A stretch of DNA of 64,000 nucleotides from an uncultured delta proteobacterium (GTDB taxonomy: Bacteria > Desulfobacterota > Binatia > HRBIN30 > BPIQ01), in NCBI GenBank assembly GCA_963761335.1, contig CAVXGR010000016.1, forward strand, positions 32,001 through 96,000. The letters run 5' to 3'. The position numbers and the translations under genes were made by a program. The notes below the pieces were generated by a model. It worked only from the letters and a program-made list of their open reading frames with translations, was not told the origin of the DNA and did no database searches. Of the stretch, positions 44,996 to 55,367 are shown in pieces (within the stretch, counting starts at the first letter, position 1; the number at the start of each line of letters is the position of its first letter).

Positions 44996-45809
44996 ACTGG
45001 CCACCGCTGCCGTCGCCATTCCCCTCCTGCTGCTGCTCATCTACAAGGCGCCGCCCTGGGGGTTTGGCCTGCTGCTGGCGGTGATCGCCGTCCTCGGGGC
45101 GGTCGAATACTGCGGCATGGCGTTTCCCGAACGGCTCAACGAGCGCGTTCTGTTCACCGGCATGGCGGTGCTCATCGCCGTCGCCATCGCCGTCCAGGGC
45201 GCCGGCGGCCCGGCCGGGACGGGACCGTTGCGGGCGAGCATCGTCGGTGCGGCAATCACCGCCATGATCATCGGCAGTCTGCTCTGGGTGCTGATCGGGC
45301 GGTCCGATTTCGAGAACGGATTGGCCGACCTCGGCCGCGGCATCCTCGGCGTCCTCTATACCGCCTTCCTGCTGCCCCACTTCGTGCTGCTGCACTCGCT
45401 GCCGCACGGCCCCGACTGGGTGGTCTTCGTGGTGCTGATCGCCATGCTGGGGGACTCCGGCGGCTACTTCACCGGCCGCACCTTCGGCCGCCACAAGCTC
45501 TCGCCCCGCATCAGCCCCTCGAAGACCGTCGAGGGGGCCGTGGGAAGCGTCCTCGCCGCCATGCTGGGGGGCGTCGCCACCAAGCTGATCTTGCTGCCTT
45601 TTCTCTCCTGGACCGAGGTTCTGTTGCTGGCCTTCGGCCAGGTGATCCTCGGCCAGCTCGGCGATCTGTGCGAGTCGATCATGAAGCGCACCTATGGAGC
45701 TAAGGACTCCGGGCGCCTGTTCCCCGGGCACGGCGGCGTCCTCGACCGCATCGACAGCTTGGTTTTTCCAGTGGCGGCAATGTATTACTATGTGTCCTGG
45801 TTCAGCTGA
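44982..45809 (+). CDS. cdsA: Phosphatidate cytidylyltransferase
   Basis: SPSKTVEG, KDSG.LFPGHGGVLDRIDS. Confidence 0.95.
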   Translation: MLRHRLATAAVAIPLLLLLIYKAPPWGFGLLLAVIAVLGAVEYCGMAFPERLNERVLFTGMAVLIAVAIAVQGAGGPAGTGPLRASIVGAAITAMIIGSLLWVLIGRSDFENGLADLGRGILGVLYTAFLLPHFVLLHSLPHGPDWVVFVVLIAMLGDSGGYFTGRTFGRHKLSPRISPSKTVEGAVGSVLAAMLGGVATKLILLPFLSWTEVLLLAFGQVILGQLGDLCESIMKRTYGAKDSGRLFPGHGGVLDRIDSLVFPVAAMYYYVSWFS

Positions 45810-45830
45810 GGCCACCCGCAAGGAGCGTTC

Positions 45831-46910
45831 ATGATTTCGAGCATCGTGGCAGCCATCGTGGTTCTGGGAGTTCTGATCCTCATCCACGAGTGCGGCCACT
45901 TTTTCGTCGCCAAGAGCGTCGGCGTCAAGGTCCTCAAGTTCTCCATCGGCTTCGGCCCCAAGCTCTTCGGTATCCGGCGGGGCGAGACCGACTACGTGAT
46001 CAGTGCCGTCCCCTTCGGCGGCTTCGTCAAGATGGTGGGCGAGGACCCCGACGAGGAGGTCTCTCCAGAAGAGCGCGAGGTCTCCTTCGGCCAGCAGTCG
46101 GTCCTGCGCCGCGGCGCCATCGTCTTTGCCGGACCGGCGACCAATATCGTCGGTGCCTTCATCCTGTTCAGCATCGTCTTCATCGCCTTCGGCGTGCGCG
46201 TACCCAGCGAGCAGGCCAAGGTGGGCGGTCTGTCCGCGGGAATGCCGGCGGCGGCCGCCGGGCTGCAGGAAGGTGACGTTGTGAACGCCGTCGACGGCCA
46301 GCCGGTGCACAGCTGGGACGAGCTCTCCAAGGCCATCCGCGCCAGCGGCGGCCATCAGATCGCCCTGCAGGTGGAGCGCCAGGGTCAGCAGCTCCAGATC
46401 CAGCTGACGCCCAAGGAGATCCAGGACAAGACGATCTTCGGAGAGAACCTGGACACCAAATCGTACGTCATCGGCATCGAGCGCGGTCTCGACGTCGAGG
46501 AGGTGAACCCCGCGCGCGCCATTCTCATGGCCGGGCAGCAGACCTGGGTGTGGACGGAGACCATCGCCATCGGTCTCTACAAGATGGTTACCGGCAGCAT
46601 CCCCGCCCAAGACATCGGCGGGCCGCTGGAGATCGCCCGGCAGGCGGGCAAGCAGGCGAATCTCGGCTTCGAGTACCTGCTCATGTTCATGGCGGTGATC
46701 AGCCTCAACCTCGGGCTTCTCAACCTGCTGCCGATCCCCATCCTCGACGGCGGCCACCTGATGTTCCTCTCCCTCGAGGCCATCCTGCGACGGCCGCTCG
46801 ACCTGCGCTATCGCGAGCTGGCGCAGCAGGCGGGCCTCTTCATCCTGCTCGGTCTCATGGCCTTCGCGTTCTACAACGACATCCTCCGCGTCGTGCATGG
46901 TCTCGGCTAG
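45831..46910 (+). CDS. rseP: RIP metalloprotease RseP
   Basis: HECGH, PDZ domain, NLLPIPILDGG. Confidence 0.96.
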   Translation: MISSIVAAIVVLGVLILIHECGHFFVAKSVGVKVLKFSIGFGPKLFGIRRGETDYVISAVPFGGFVKMVGEDPDEEVSPEEREVSFGQQSVLRRGAIVFAGPATNIVGAFILFSIVFIAFGVRVPSEQAKVGGLSAGMPAAAAGLQEGDVVNAVDGQPVHSWDELSKAIRASGGHQIALQVERQGQQLQIQLTPKEIQDKTIFGENLDTKSYVIGIERGLDVEEVNPARAILMAGQQTWVWTETIAIGLYKMVTGSIPAQDIGGPLEIARQAGKQANLGFEYLLMFMAVISLNLGLLNLLPIPILDGGHLMFLSLEAILRRPLDLRYRELAQQAGLFILLGLMAFAFYNDILRVVHGLG

Positions 46911-46923
46911 CGGCACGCTTTGA

Positions 46924-47634
46924 ATGCGTGTTCTCGGGATCGACACCGCTACCTGGACGGCCAGCGTCGGCGTCGCCGACGGAGAGGCGGTGCTTGCCGA
47001 GGTCTCGCGGCGCGCGGCGCCGAGCCATGGGCTGTCCCTCCTCCCCCTGATCGAGGAGGTGCTGGCGGTGGCCGGGCTGCGGGGGGCGGATCTGCAGGCC
47101 ATCGCCGTCTCCATCGGCCCCGGATCCTTCACCGGACTGCGCATCGGCCTGAGCTCGGCCAAGGGGCTCGCCTTCGCCCTCGGTCTGGAGGTGACCGGCG
47201 TGCCCACCCTGGAAGCTCTGGCGCACGTGCCGCGCCTCGAGAAGGGGCTCGTCTGCCCGATGCTCGACGCCCGCAAGGGGGAGGTCTACACGGCGCTCTA
47301 CGAGGCGAGCGGCGGCGCGCTCCATTGCCGGCTGCCGGAATGTGCCGTCGAGATCGGCCGCTGGCTGCGCCGGCTGCCCGGCCCATGCGTCTTCGTCGGC
47401 GATGCGGTGGAGATCCTCGAGAGACAAGCGGCCGGCTCGTGGGAGGGCACGGCGCTGCCGTTCGCCGAATTTCACCCGCGCGGCGGTGTCGTCGCCTCAC
47501 TCGGGGCGCGACGCCTGGGGTGCGGAGAAGCCGGGGAGCTGGCGGCGCTCGAGCCGCGCTACCTGCGCCCCTCGGAGGCGGAGCTCGCCGAAGGAGGGCC
47601 GCGAGTCACCGAAGAGATCAAGTCAAGCGTTTGA
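46924..47634 (+). CDS. tsaB: t6A biosynthesis protein TsaB
   Basis: LGIDTAT, GPGSFTGLRIG, DARKGEVY, LEPRYLR. Confidence 0.96.
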   Translation: MRVLGIDTATWTASVGVADGEAVLAEVSRRAAPSHGLSLLPLIEEVLAVAGLRGADLQAIAVSIGPGSFTGLRIGLSSAKGLAFALGLEVTGVPTLEALAHVPRLEKGLVCPMLDARKGEVYTALYEASGGALHCRLPECAVEIGRWLRRLPGPCVFVGDAVEILERQAAGSWEGTALPFAEFHPRGGVVASLGARRLGCGEAGELAALEPRYLRPSEAELAEGGPRVTEEIKSSV

Positions 47635-47661
47635 AAAATCGACGGTTTTGCATCTGGTCAT

Positions 47662-47690
47662 TTGACAGGATGCGGTCGCTGCGGTAGTCG
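47662..47690 (+). promoter_or_regulatory. Putative sigma70 promoter for DUF465-ilvN-ilvC
   Basis: TTGACA-N17-TAGTCG. Confidence 0.4.
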
Positions 47691-47723
47691 AACCGTGCAC
47701 CGCCGCCACATCGGAGAGTTCCC

Positions 47724-47948
47724 ATGGAAAAGAAGGAAAAGGAGCTGATCGCATCGCTGATCGATCGCGATGCCGAGCTGAAGCAGTACTACGAGGAGCA
47801 CCTCGAGCTGGAGTCGCAGCTCGACGCCTTCCAACGCAAGGCCTACCTCTCGACCGAGGAAGAGCTCGAGAGGAAGCGCCTGCAGAAGAAGAAGCTCGTC
47901 GGAAAAGACAGAATCATGGAGATCCTCGGCAAGTATCGCCAGGACTGA
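47724..47948 (+). CDS. DUF465 (YdcH-like) protein
   Basis: YEEHLELE...LQKKKLVGKDRI. Confidence 0.85.
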   Translation: MEKKEKELIASLIDRDAELKQYYEEHLELESQLDAFQRKAYLSTEEELERKRLQKKKLVGKDRIMEILGKYRQD

Positions 47949-47976
47949 TGCCGCGCGCGGCGGTGGAGAGAGATAC

Positions 47977-48492
47977 GTGCGCCACACCATATCGATTCTG
48001 GTCGAAAACGAGTTCGGCGTTCTGGCGCGGGTCGCCGGAATGTTCAGCAGCCGGGCCTTCAACATCGAGAGTCTGAGCGTCGCCGAGACACTGGAGCCGA
48101 CGGTGTCGCGCATCACGCTGGTGACCCGCGGCGACGACGCGGTGCTGGCGCAGATCAACAAGCAGCTGAACAAGCTCATCAACATCATCAAGGTGATCGA
48201 CTTCACCGACCGCTCGCACGTGGAGCGCGAGCTGGTTCTCATCAAGGTGGCCGCCGACGAAAAGACGCGCGGCGAGCTGATGAGCATCGTCGACATCTTC
48301 CGCGGCAAAGTCATCGACGTCGGCGCGCATTCGTACATCATCGAGGCGACCGGCGCCGAGGAGAAGATCAACGCCTTGCTCGACCTGCTGCGGCCGCTCG
48401 GGATCCAGGAGATCGTACGCACCGGCAGAGTGGCGATGCACCGGGGCACGCAGGTGTTGCGCGTCGCCGAGGAGAAGGAGAGGGCCGCATGA
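47977..48492 (+). CDS. ilvN: Acetolactate synthase small subunit
   Basis: [29 protein letters not shown]. Confidence 0.95.
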   Translation: MRHTISILVENEFGVLARVAGMFSSRAFNIESLSVAETLEPTVSRITLVTRGDDAVLAQINKQLNKLINIIKVIDFTDRSHVERELVLIKVAADEKTRGELMSIVDIFRGKVIDVGAHSYIIEATGAEEKINALLDLLRPLGIQEIVRTGRVAMHRGTQVLRVAEEKERAA

Positions 48493-49514
48493 GCGAGATG
48501 AAGATCTACTACGACAAGGATGCCGATCTGAAATACCTCCAGGGGAAGAAGATCGCGGTGATCGGCTTCGGCAGCCAGGGCCATGCGCACAGCCTCAACC
48601 TGCGCGACAGCGGCATGGACGTCGTCGTCGGTCTGCGGCGCGGCAGTGCCTCCTGGCCGAAGGCGGAGGCCGCCGGGCTGACGGTGAAGGAGACCGCCGA
48701 GGCGGTACGCGGCGCCGAGGTGGTGATGATGCTGGTCCCCGACGAGATGGGAGGCGAGATCTACGAGAATGAGATCGCCCCCGGGCTGGCGGACGGCGCC
48801 TATCTCGCCTTCGGCCACGGCTTCAACATCCACTTCAAGCAGATCGTGCCGCCGCAGACGGTGAACGTCTTCATGATCGCTCCCAAGGGCCCCGGACACC
48901 TGGTGCGCAGCGAGTTCCAGAAGGGGCGCGGCGTGCCCTGCCTGCTGGCGATTCACCAGGACCCGAGCGGCGACACCAAGCAGGTTGCCCTGGCCTACGG
49001 CAAGGCGATCGGCGGCGCCCGCGCCGCCATCATCGAGACCTCATTTCGCGAGGAGACCGAGACCGACCTGTTCGGCGAGCAGAGCGTCCTCTGCGGCGGC
49101 CTGACGGAGCTGATCCGCGCCGGCTATGAGACCCTGGTCGAGGCCGGCTACGCGCCGGAGATGGCCTATTTCGAGTGCGTCCACGAGGTGAAGCTGATCG
49201 TCGACCTGCTCTACGAGGGTGGCATCGCCAACATGCGCTACTCGATCAGCAACACTGCCGAGTACGGCGACATGACCCGCGGCAAGCGCGTCGTCGGCGC
49301 CGAGACGCGCGCCGCGATGAAGCGGATTCTCGCCGACATCCAGAGCGGCAAGTTCGCCGAGGAATGGATCACCGAGCACCGCTGCGGCAGCCCGCATTTC
49401 CGCGAGCTGCGCAAGGAGGCGGCCGGGCACCCGATCGAGCAGGTGGGCGCCAAGCTGCGCGCCATGATGCCGTGGCTGGCGTCGGACCGCCTGGTGGACA
49501 AGAGCAAGAACTGA
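48489..49514 (+). CDS. ilvC: Ketol-acid reductoisomerase
   Basis: [26 protein letters not shown]. Confidence 0.98.
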   Translation: MSEMKIYYDKDADLKYLQGKKIAVIGFGSQGHAHSLNLRDSGMDVVVGLRRGSASWPKAEAAGLTVKETAEAVRGAEVVMMLVPDEMGGEIYENEIAPGLADGAYLAFGHGFNIHFKQIVPPQTVNVFMIAPKGPGHLVRSEFQKGRGVPCLLAIHQDPSGDTKQVALAYGKAIGGARAAIIETSFREETETDLFGEQSVLCGGLTELIRAGYETLVEAGYAPEMAYFECVHEVKLIVDLLYEGGIANMRYSISNTAEYGDMTRGKRVVGAETRAAMKRILADIQSGKFAEEWITEHRCGSPHFRELRKEAAGHPIEQVGAKLRAMMPWLASDRLVDKSKN

Positions 49515-49584
49515 GCGCGGCGGCGGATACGAGCCTGCCGATGCCGGCCGAGGAGCGCACCCGCCGGGAGCGCCGCAGGAGCGG

Positions 49585-50412
49585 ATGAGCCGGGGCGTGC
49601 ACATGATCGAGGGGCGCGATCTGCGGGCGCCCCTGCGCAAGGGCGTCTATCTCCTCCCCAACCTGATCACCACGGGAGGGCTCTTCTCCGGGTTCTACTC
49701 GATCATTGCCAGCCTGCGCGTCGACTTCCAGACGGCCGCCATCTTCATCTTCGTGGCGCAGATCTTCGACGTGCTCGACGGGCGCGTCGCCCGGGTGACG
49801 CGTACCACCAGCCGCTTCGGGGTCGAGTACGACTCGATGTCCGACCTGGTGGCCTTCGGCGTCGCCCCGGGGATCCTCGTCTACCACTGGGCCTTGCAGC
49901 CCTGGGGCAGCTGGGGCTGGCTCGCCGCCTCGCTCTACGTCACCTGCGGCGCCCTGCGCCTGGCGCGCTTCAACGTGCAGTACGACAACGTCGAGAAGCG
50001 GCATTTCATCGGCCTGCCGATTCCCGCCGCCGCCGACGTCATCGCCGCCACCGTGCTTCTCTACTTTTTCCTCGGCGGTGAGGGCGCCGCCAACAAGCGC
50101 GTCATCCTCCTGCTCACCACCTACACGCTCGCCGCCCTCATGGTGAGCGGCATCCGCTACTTCAGCTTCAAGGAGACCGAGCTCTATCGGCGCCAGCCGT
50201 TCTGGATGCTGATCTTCGTCATCCTCCTGCTCAAGCTGATCATTGCCGAGCCGCAGCCGATGCTGTTCGTCGGCTGTATCGCCTATGCCGCCTCTGGCCC
50301 GGTCCGCTGGGTGCTCGTCCGCGGGCGGCGCCTGCTGCGCAGGCGGGGGGAGCCGGCGAGAGCGCCGCGCCCGCCGGCGAGACACTCGAGCCGCCGGCGG
50401 ACGACGGCTTGA
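49585..50412 (+). CDS. pssA: CDP-diacylglycerol--serine O-phosphatidyltransferase
   Basis: [14 protein letters not shown]...[17 protein letters not shown]. Confidence 0.93.
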   Translation: MSRGVHMIEGRDLRAPLRKGVYLLPNLITTGGLFSGFYSIIASLRVDFQTAAIFIFVAQIFDVLDGRVARVTRTTSRFGVEYDSMSDLVAFGVAPGILVYHWALQPWGSWGWLAASLYVTCGALRLARFNVQYDNVEKRHFIGLPIPAAADVIAATVLLYFFLGGEGAANKRVILLLTTYTLAALMVSGIRYFSFKETELYRRQPFWMLIFVILLLKLIIAEPQPMLFVGCIAYAASGPVRWVLVRGRRLLRRRGEPARAPRPPARHSSRRRTTA

Positions 50413-50437
50413 CAAGCTCCGAGAAGCGGCTTATGCC
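50409..50437 (+). promoter_or_regulatory. Putative promoter of the leu leader
   Basis: TTGACA-N17-TATGCC. Confidence 0.45.
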
Positions 50438-50446
50438 TTGAGGACG

Positions 50447-50530
50447 ATGTTCTCTCCCCAGACGAAGACCCGGTTGGAGCTCCTGGCTCTGCTGCTGCGA
50501 TGCCCGCCCGCTGCGTCTGGGGGCGCGTGA
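50447..50530 (+). CDS. Putative leu leader peptide MFSPQTKTRLELLALLLRCPPAASGGA
   Basis: 6 Leu in 8 codons, upstream of leuA, followed by terminator-like hairpins. Confidence 0.7.
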   Translation: MFSPQTKTRLELLALLLRCPPAASGGA

Positions 50531-50560
50531 GCCGAAGAGCCGCGCGAACTCGTCAGTAGG

Positions 50561-50637
50561 CGCCACGGGCGGGATTCCCCATCCGTGGCGTTCGTGTTTC
50601 TGGAAGGCCACGGCAGATCCCGTGGCCTTTGCTCTTT
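50561..50637 (+). terminator. Two tandem attenuator/terminator hairpins
   Basis: CGCCACGG..CCGTGGCG then TTCGTGTTT; AAGGCCACGG..CCGTGGCCTT then TGCTCTTT. Confidence 0.65.
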
Positions 50638-50704
50638 GCCGGGAAATGCCGTGGCGGCAGCTGGTTGAATTGGCAAAGCCGGAACAGGCATAAGGAGCTC
50701 GGAA

Positions 50705-52255
50705 ATGGAGACAGGCAAAGACACCGTACAGATCTTCGACACCACCCTTCGCGACGGCGAGCAGTCCCCCGGCGCCACTATGAACGTGGAAGAGAAGGTG
50801 GCGATCGCGCGGCAGCTGGAGAAGCTCGGCGTCGACGTCATCGAGGCCGGGTTCGCGGTTTCCTCTCCGGGAGACTTCGACTCCGTCGCCCGCGTCGCTG
50901 ACGCCGTGCGACAGCCGATCGTGCTCAGCCTGGCGCGCACGCGCCAGGCCGACATCGAGCGCGCCATCAAGAGCGTCGAGAGCGCCGCCCGCCCGGGCAT
51001 CCACGTCTTCATCGCCACCTCCGACATCCATCTCCAGCGCAAGCTGATGATGAGCCGCCAAGAGGTGATCGACGCGGCCTGCTGGGCGGTCGAGTTCGCG
51101 CGCCGGCATCTGGATTACGTCGAGTTCTCCGCCGAGGACGCCTCGCGCAGCGATCGGCAGTATCTGACGCAGATCTTCGCCGAGGTGATCAAGCGCGGCG
51201 CCGTCACCCTCAACGTGCCCGACACCACCGGCTATGCCGTCCCCGAGCAGTTCGGCGAGCTCTTCCGCTATCTCATCGCCCACACCGAAGGGGGCGACGC
51301 AGTGCGCTGGAGCGCGCACTGCCACAACGATCTGGGCATGGCCGTCGCCAACTCCCTCGCCGCGGTCGCCGCCGGCGCACGCCAGGTGGAGTGCACCGTC
51401 AACGGCATCGGCGAGCGGGCCGGCAACACCTCGCTCGAGGAGGTGGTGATGGCGATCCGCACACGCGGCGACTTCTTCGGCGTCGGCACGCACATCGCCA
51501 CCGAGCAGATCTACCCCACCAGCCGCATGCTGTCGCAGATCACCGGCATCGCCGTTCCCATCAACAAGCCGGTGGTCGGGGAGAACGCCTTCGCGCACGA
51601 GGCCGGTATCCACCAGGACGGCGTGCTGAAGGACAAGCTCACCTACGAGATCATGCGACCGGAGGACGTGGGTCTGGCGAGCAATCGGCTGGTTCTCGGC
51701 AAGCACTCCGGGCGCCACGCCTTCACCGACCACCTGAAGCAGCTCGGCATCGACCTCTACGCCGTCGACATGAACAAGGCGTTCGAGCGCTTCAAGGCGC
51801 TCGCCGACCTGAAGAAGAACGTCTACGACGAGGATCTGATCGCCATGGTCACCGAGGAGACGGTGCGCGTGCCGGAGCGCTTCGCGCTCGTCTACCTCAA
51901 TGTCACCTCCTCGAGCATGGCGGTGCCGAACGCCACCGTGAAGCTGCGCATCGACGACGTGGAGAAGCTCGACAGCGGTAGCGGCGATGGCATGGTCGAC
52001 GCCTGCTACAACGTGATCTCCAAGATCACCGGCATCACGCCCAAGCTGGAGCGCTACGCCGTCAAGGCCATCACCGGCGGGACCGATGCCCTCGGCGAGG
52101 TGTCCTGCCTGATCAACGTCGACGGCGTTACGGCGACGGGGCAGGGGGCCCACACCGACATCATCATGGCCAGCGCTCTGGCGTACATCAACGCGCTCAA
52201 CAAGCTGGAGTACCACCGCAATTCCTACCAGAAGGTCCATGTCGAAGGGCCCTGA
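50705..52255 (+). CDS. leuA: 2-isopropylmalate synthase
   Basis: DTTLRDGEQ, HCHNDLG, GIGERAGN, HEAGIHQDG. Confidence 0.97.
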   Translation: METGKDTVQIFDTTLRDGEQSPGATMNVEEKVAIARQLEKLGVDVIEAGFAVSSPGDFDSVARVADAVRQPIVLSLARTRQADIERAIKSVESAARPGIHVFIATSDIHLQRKLMMSRQEVIDAACWAVEFARRHLDYVEFSAEDASRSDRQYLTQIFAEVIKRGAVTLNVPDTTGYAVPEQFGELFRYLIAHTEGGDAVRWSAHCHNDLGMAVANSLAAVAAGARQVECTVNGIGERAGNTSLEEVVMAIRTRGDFFGVGTHIATEQIYPTSRMLSQITGIAVPINKPVVGENAFAHEAGIHQDGVLKDKLTYEIMRPEDVGLASNRLVLGKHSGRHAFTDHLKQLGIDLYAVDMNKAFERFKALADLKKNVYDEDLIAMVTEETVRVPERFALVYLNVTSSSMAVPNATVKLRIDDVEKLDSGSGDGMVDACYNVISKITGITPKLERYAVKAITGGTDALGEVSCLINVDGVTATGQGAHTDIIMASALAYINALNKLEYHRNSYQKVHVEGP

Positions 52256-52315
52256 ACCGGGCGGCGCCCCACCCGCGGGAGGGCGAGGCTCGGCGCCCGC
52301 AGATCGGAGACAAAC

Positions 52316-53410
52316 GTGAGAGTACTCGTCCTTCCTGGTGACGGCATCGGTCCGGAGGTCACGCGTGAAGCCGTCGAGGTGCTGCGCTGCTGTGCCGCGC
52401 CTTTCGGCCTGGAGCTGGACTTCGAGGAGGCGGTGATCGGCGGCGCCTCCATCGACGCGCACGGGACGCCGTTGCAGGACGCGGTTCTGCAGCAGGCGCG
52501 ACACAGTGACGCCGTCCTTCTCGGCGCCGTGGGCGGCCCGAAGTGGGACAGCCCGTCGGCCTCGGTGCGCCCCGAGCAGGCGCTGCTGCGGCTGCGCAAG
52601 GAGCTCGGTCTGTACGCCAATCTGCGCCCGGTGCGCGCCGTGGCGCAGCTGCTGCACACGGCGCCGCTGCGCCCCGAGATCGTCCGCGACGTCGACTTCG
52701 TGGTGGTGCGCGAGCTGACCGGTGGCATCTACTTCGGTCGCCCGAGTGAGCAGTCGCAGGGCCGCGACGGGCGCGAGGCGGTGGACACCTGCCGTTACTC
52801 GGAGGGCGAGATCGCCCGGCTGCTGCGCACCAGCTTCGAGCTGGCGCGCCGCCGCCGGCGCAAACTGGCCTCGGTGGACAAGGCCAATATTCTCTCCACC
52901 TCGCGGCTCTGGCGCGCCGTGGCGCACGAGATCGCCGCGGAGTATCCGGACGTCGCCTACGAGGACGTGCTCGTGGATGCCATGGCCATGCACCTGCTAC
53001 GCCGCCCGCGCGACTTCGACGTCATCGCCACCGAGAACCTCTTCGGGGACATCCTCACCGACGAGGCGTCGATGATCGCCGGGTCGATGGGGATGCTGCC
53101 ATCGGCGTCGCTGGGCGAGGAGAGCAATGCGTGTCAGCAGCCGCGGGGGCTCTACGAGCCCATCCACGGCAGTGCCCCCGACATCGCCGGGCAGGACAAG
53201 GCCAACCCCCTGGCGGCGATCCTCTCGGCGGCGATGATGTTGCGGCTGTCGCTGGGCGCGCCGGAGGCGGCCAACGCGATCGAGAGCAGCGTCGAGAAGG
53301 TGCTCGCCGGCGGAGCCCGTACCATCGATCTGGCGGCGCCGGCGGAGAGCGCTGTCGGCTGTCGCGAGATGGGCGAGCGAGTGCGGGCGGCTCTGCGGGC
53401 GGAGAGATGA
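52316..53410 (+). CDS. leuB: 3-isopropylmalate dehydrogenase
   Basis: PGDGIGPEV, RELTGGIYFG, NLFGDIL, EPIHGSAPDIAG. Confidence 0.97.
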   Translation: MRVLVLPGDGIGPEVTREAVEVLRCCAAPFGLELDFEEAVIGGASIDAHGTPLQDAVLQQARHSDAVLLGAVGGPKWDSPSASVRPEQALLRLRKELGLYANLRPVRAVAQLLHTAPLRPEIVRDVDFVVVRELTGGIYFGRPSEQSQGRDGREAVDTCRYSEGEIARLLRTSFELARRRRRKLASVDKANILSTSRLWRAVAHEIAAEYPDVAYEDVLVDAMAMHLLRRPRDFDVIATENLFGDILTDEASMIAGSMGMLPSASLGEESNACQQPRGLYEPIHGSAPDIAGQDKANPLAAILSAAMMLRLSLGAPEAANAIESSVEKVLAGGARTIDLAAPAESAVGCREMGERVRAALRAER

Positions 53411-54402
53411 AAACCCTCGCCATCGGCATCCTCGGCGCCGCCACCCTCGTCGGCCGGGAGATGGTCGCGGTCTTGCAGGAGCGCGAGTTTCCGGTCTCCT
53501 CGCTGCGGCTGGTGGATACCGACCTCGGCGCCGGGCAAGAGGTGGAGTTCGAGGGCGTGGATGTGCTGGTGCAGTCGATCGACGAGGGGCTGGCGGGTGT
53601 CGACCTGGCCTTCTTCGCCAGCGACATGGAAACCCTTGCCGAGCATGCCGAGGCGGTCGCCGCCTCGGGGGGTGTCGTCATCGACTGCTCGGGCCACTTC
53701 GCCGCGAGCCCCGACGTGCCGCTGATCGTTCCGGAGTGCAATGCGTCGTCGCTGGAGGAGTTCCAGATCGGCCGCATCATCGCCTCACCCGATCCCATCT
53801 CCGTGGCGACCAGCACGATCCTGATGCCACTGCATGCCGAGGCCATTGTGCGCCGCGCCGTGATCACCGCCCTGGAGCCGGTGTCGCGCCTGGGCGCCGC
53901 CGGCATCGACGAGCTGAGTCGGCAGACAGTCGATCTCTTGAACGGGCGCAGCGTGGACGCCGCGGTCTTTCCGGCGCGCATCAGCTTCAACGTCATGCCG
54001 GCTCCAGACCAGGTGGATTTCGAGCCGCAACTCATCGACCAGCTGCGGCGGATTCTCGGCGAGACGCGCATCGAGCTTTCCGTCAGCCGCTTTCTGGTGC
54101 CCACGTTTTACGGCACCGGCATCTCCATGAACATCGAGCTGGAGCGGCCGCTCGATGCGGCGGAGGCGCGCGACCTTCTCCGCCAGTCGCCGGGCATCCT
54201 CACCCTTGGCAACGGCAGCGCCATGGCGCCGCTGTCGGTGGCCGATGCCGTAGGTCAGGGCGCGACTCTTCTCGGCGATGTGCGGCCCGATCCGTCCATG
54301 CCGAACGGCCTCAGCCTGTGGGCGGCCGTCGACGGTTCGCGCAAGGGCACCGCGGTCAACGCCGTGCAGATCGCGGAGATTCTGCTCCGCGATTTTCTCT
54401 GA
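53407..54402 (+). CDS. Aspartate-semialdehyde dehydrogenase-like protein lacking the catalytic Cys (Usg-like)
   Basis: VPLIVPECN, FPARISFNVMP, RKGTAVNAVQIAE; IIASPDP in place of IIANPNC. Confidence 0.85.
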   Translation: MKTLAIGILGAATLVGREMVAVLQEREFPVSSLRLVDTDLGAGQEVEFEGVDVLVQSIDEGLAGVDLAFFASDMETLAEHAEAVAASGGVVIDCSGHFAASPDVPLIVPECNASSLEEFQIGRIIASPDPISVATSTILMPLHAEAIVRRAVITALEPVSRLGAAGIDELSRQTVDLLNGRSVDAAVFPARISFNVMPAPDQVDFEPQLIDQLRRILGETRIELSVSRFLVPTFYGTGISMNIELERPLDAAEARDLLRQSPGILTLGNGSAMAPLSVADAVGQGATLLGDVRPDPSMPNGLSLWAAVDGSRKGTAVNAVQIAEILLRDFL

Positions 54403-54444
54403 TCGCCGCCTCCAGTCGCAGGTGGTGCCGCCTGCCGTGCCCGC

Positions 54445-55194
54445 ATGCAGATCAAGCTGACGCTGGAGTACGAGGGGACCGCCTACCACGGCTGGCAGGT
54501 GCAGCCGAACGGACTGGTGACCGTTCAGGGGGTTCTCGAGGCTGCCGCCGCCCAGATGCTCGGGCATCCGGTGCGCATGGTGGCCGCCGGACGAACCGAT
54601 ACGGGTGTGCATGCGGCGGCACAGGTGGTCTGCTTTCGCACCGAACGGCGGCTCGATCCGGCGGTGGCGCAGCGCGCCCTCAATGCGCTGACGCCGGACG
54701 ACATCGCCGTGCACCGCGCCGAGGTGGTCGACGACGGCTTTCATCCGCGCTACGGGGCGCGCGGTCGCAGCTACGTCTATCGCATCTGCAATCGGCGTGT
54801 GCCGAGTGTCTTCTGGCGGCGATACGCCTGGCACGTGCCGCTGCCGCTCGATCGCGAGGCGATGGCGAGAGCCGCGCCGGCCCTCGCTGGCGAGCACGAC
54901 TTCAGCTCATTTCAGGCGGCCGGGTGCCAGGCGAAGAACCCCGTGCGCGTAGTGCGCCGCAGCGAGCTGAGCGAAGAGGATGGGCTGCTCGTCTACACCG
55001 TCGAGGCGACCGCCTTCTTGCGGCACATGGTGCGCAACATCGTCGGCACATTGGTCGAGGTCGGCCGCGGCGAACGGGCCGCCGAAAGCATGGAAGACCT
55101 GCTGCGGGCGCGGGATCGAACCCGGGCCGGAGCCACAGCGCCGGCGCACGGGCTCTGTCTGTTGAATGTCAGCTATGCGGAGGCGGGTCGGTGA
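54445..55194 (+). CDS. truA: tRNA pseudouridine(38-40) synthase
   Basis: YHGWQVQ, AGRTDTGVHA, FLRHMVRNIVG. Confidence 0.97.
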   Translation: MQIKLTLEYEGTAYHGWQVQPNGLVTVQGVLEAAAAQMLGHPVRMVAAGRTDTGVHAAAQVVCFRTERRLDPAVAQRALNALTPDDIAVHRAEVVDDGFHPRYGARGRSYVYRICNRRVPSVFWRRYAWHVPLPLDREAMARAAPALAGEHDFSSFQAAGCQAKNPVRVVRRSELSEEDGLLVYTVEATAFLRHMVRNIVGTLVEVGRGERAAESMEDLLRARDRTRAGATAPAHGLCLLNVSYAEAGR

Positions 55195-55218
55195 CTCGGT
55201 GGGTCGGTGACTCGGTGG
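55187..55218. repeat. Four 8-bp units of the same family as 31427-31600
   Basis: GTCGGTGA CTCGGTGG GTCGGTGA CTCGGTGG. Confidence 0.6.
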
Positions 55219-55367
55219 GCGATTTTGCGATTTGTGTGCGGCGATGGGGCTACCTGCACGCTCAGCCTAGATCAGCGCCCCGGAGGGGCGCTGGCAGCTG
55301 GCCCCGATAGCTCGTTGGCACGCTGCGATGGTCGCGCCCACGAGTGCTGTGCATGCAGCACATCCGT

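Noticed and set aside
50240..52993. Long antisense ORFs (also 3057-5003, 19774-22263, 35070-37571, 44862-47276, 61621-63222)
   Set aside because: Shadows of well-supported genes on the opposite strand, expected at high GC; no recognisable motifs
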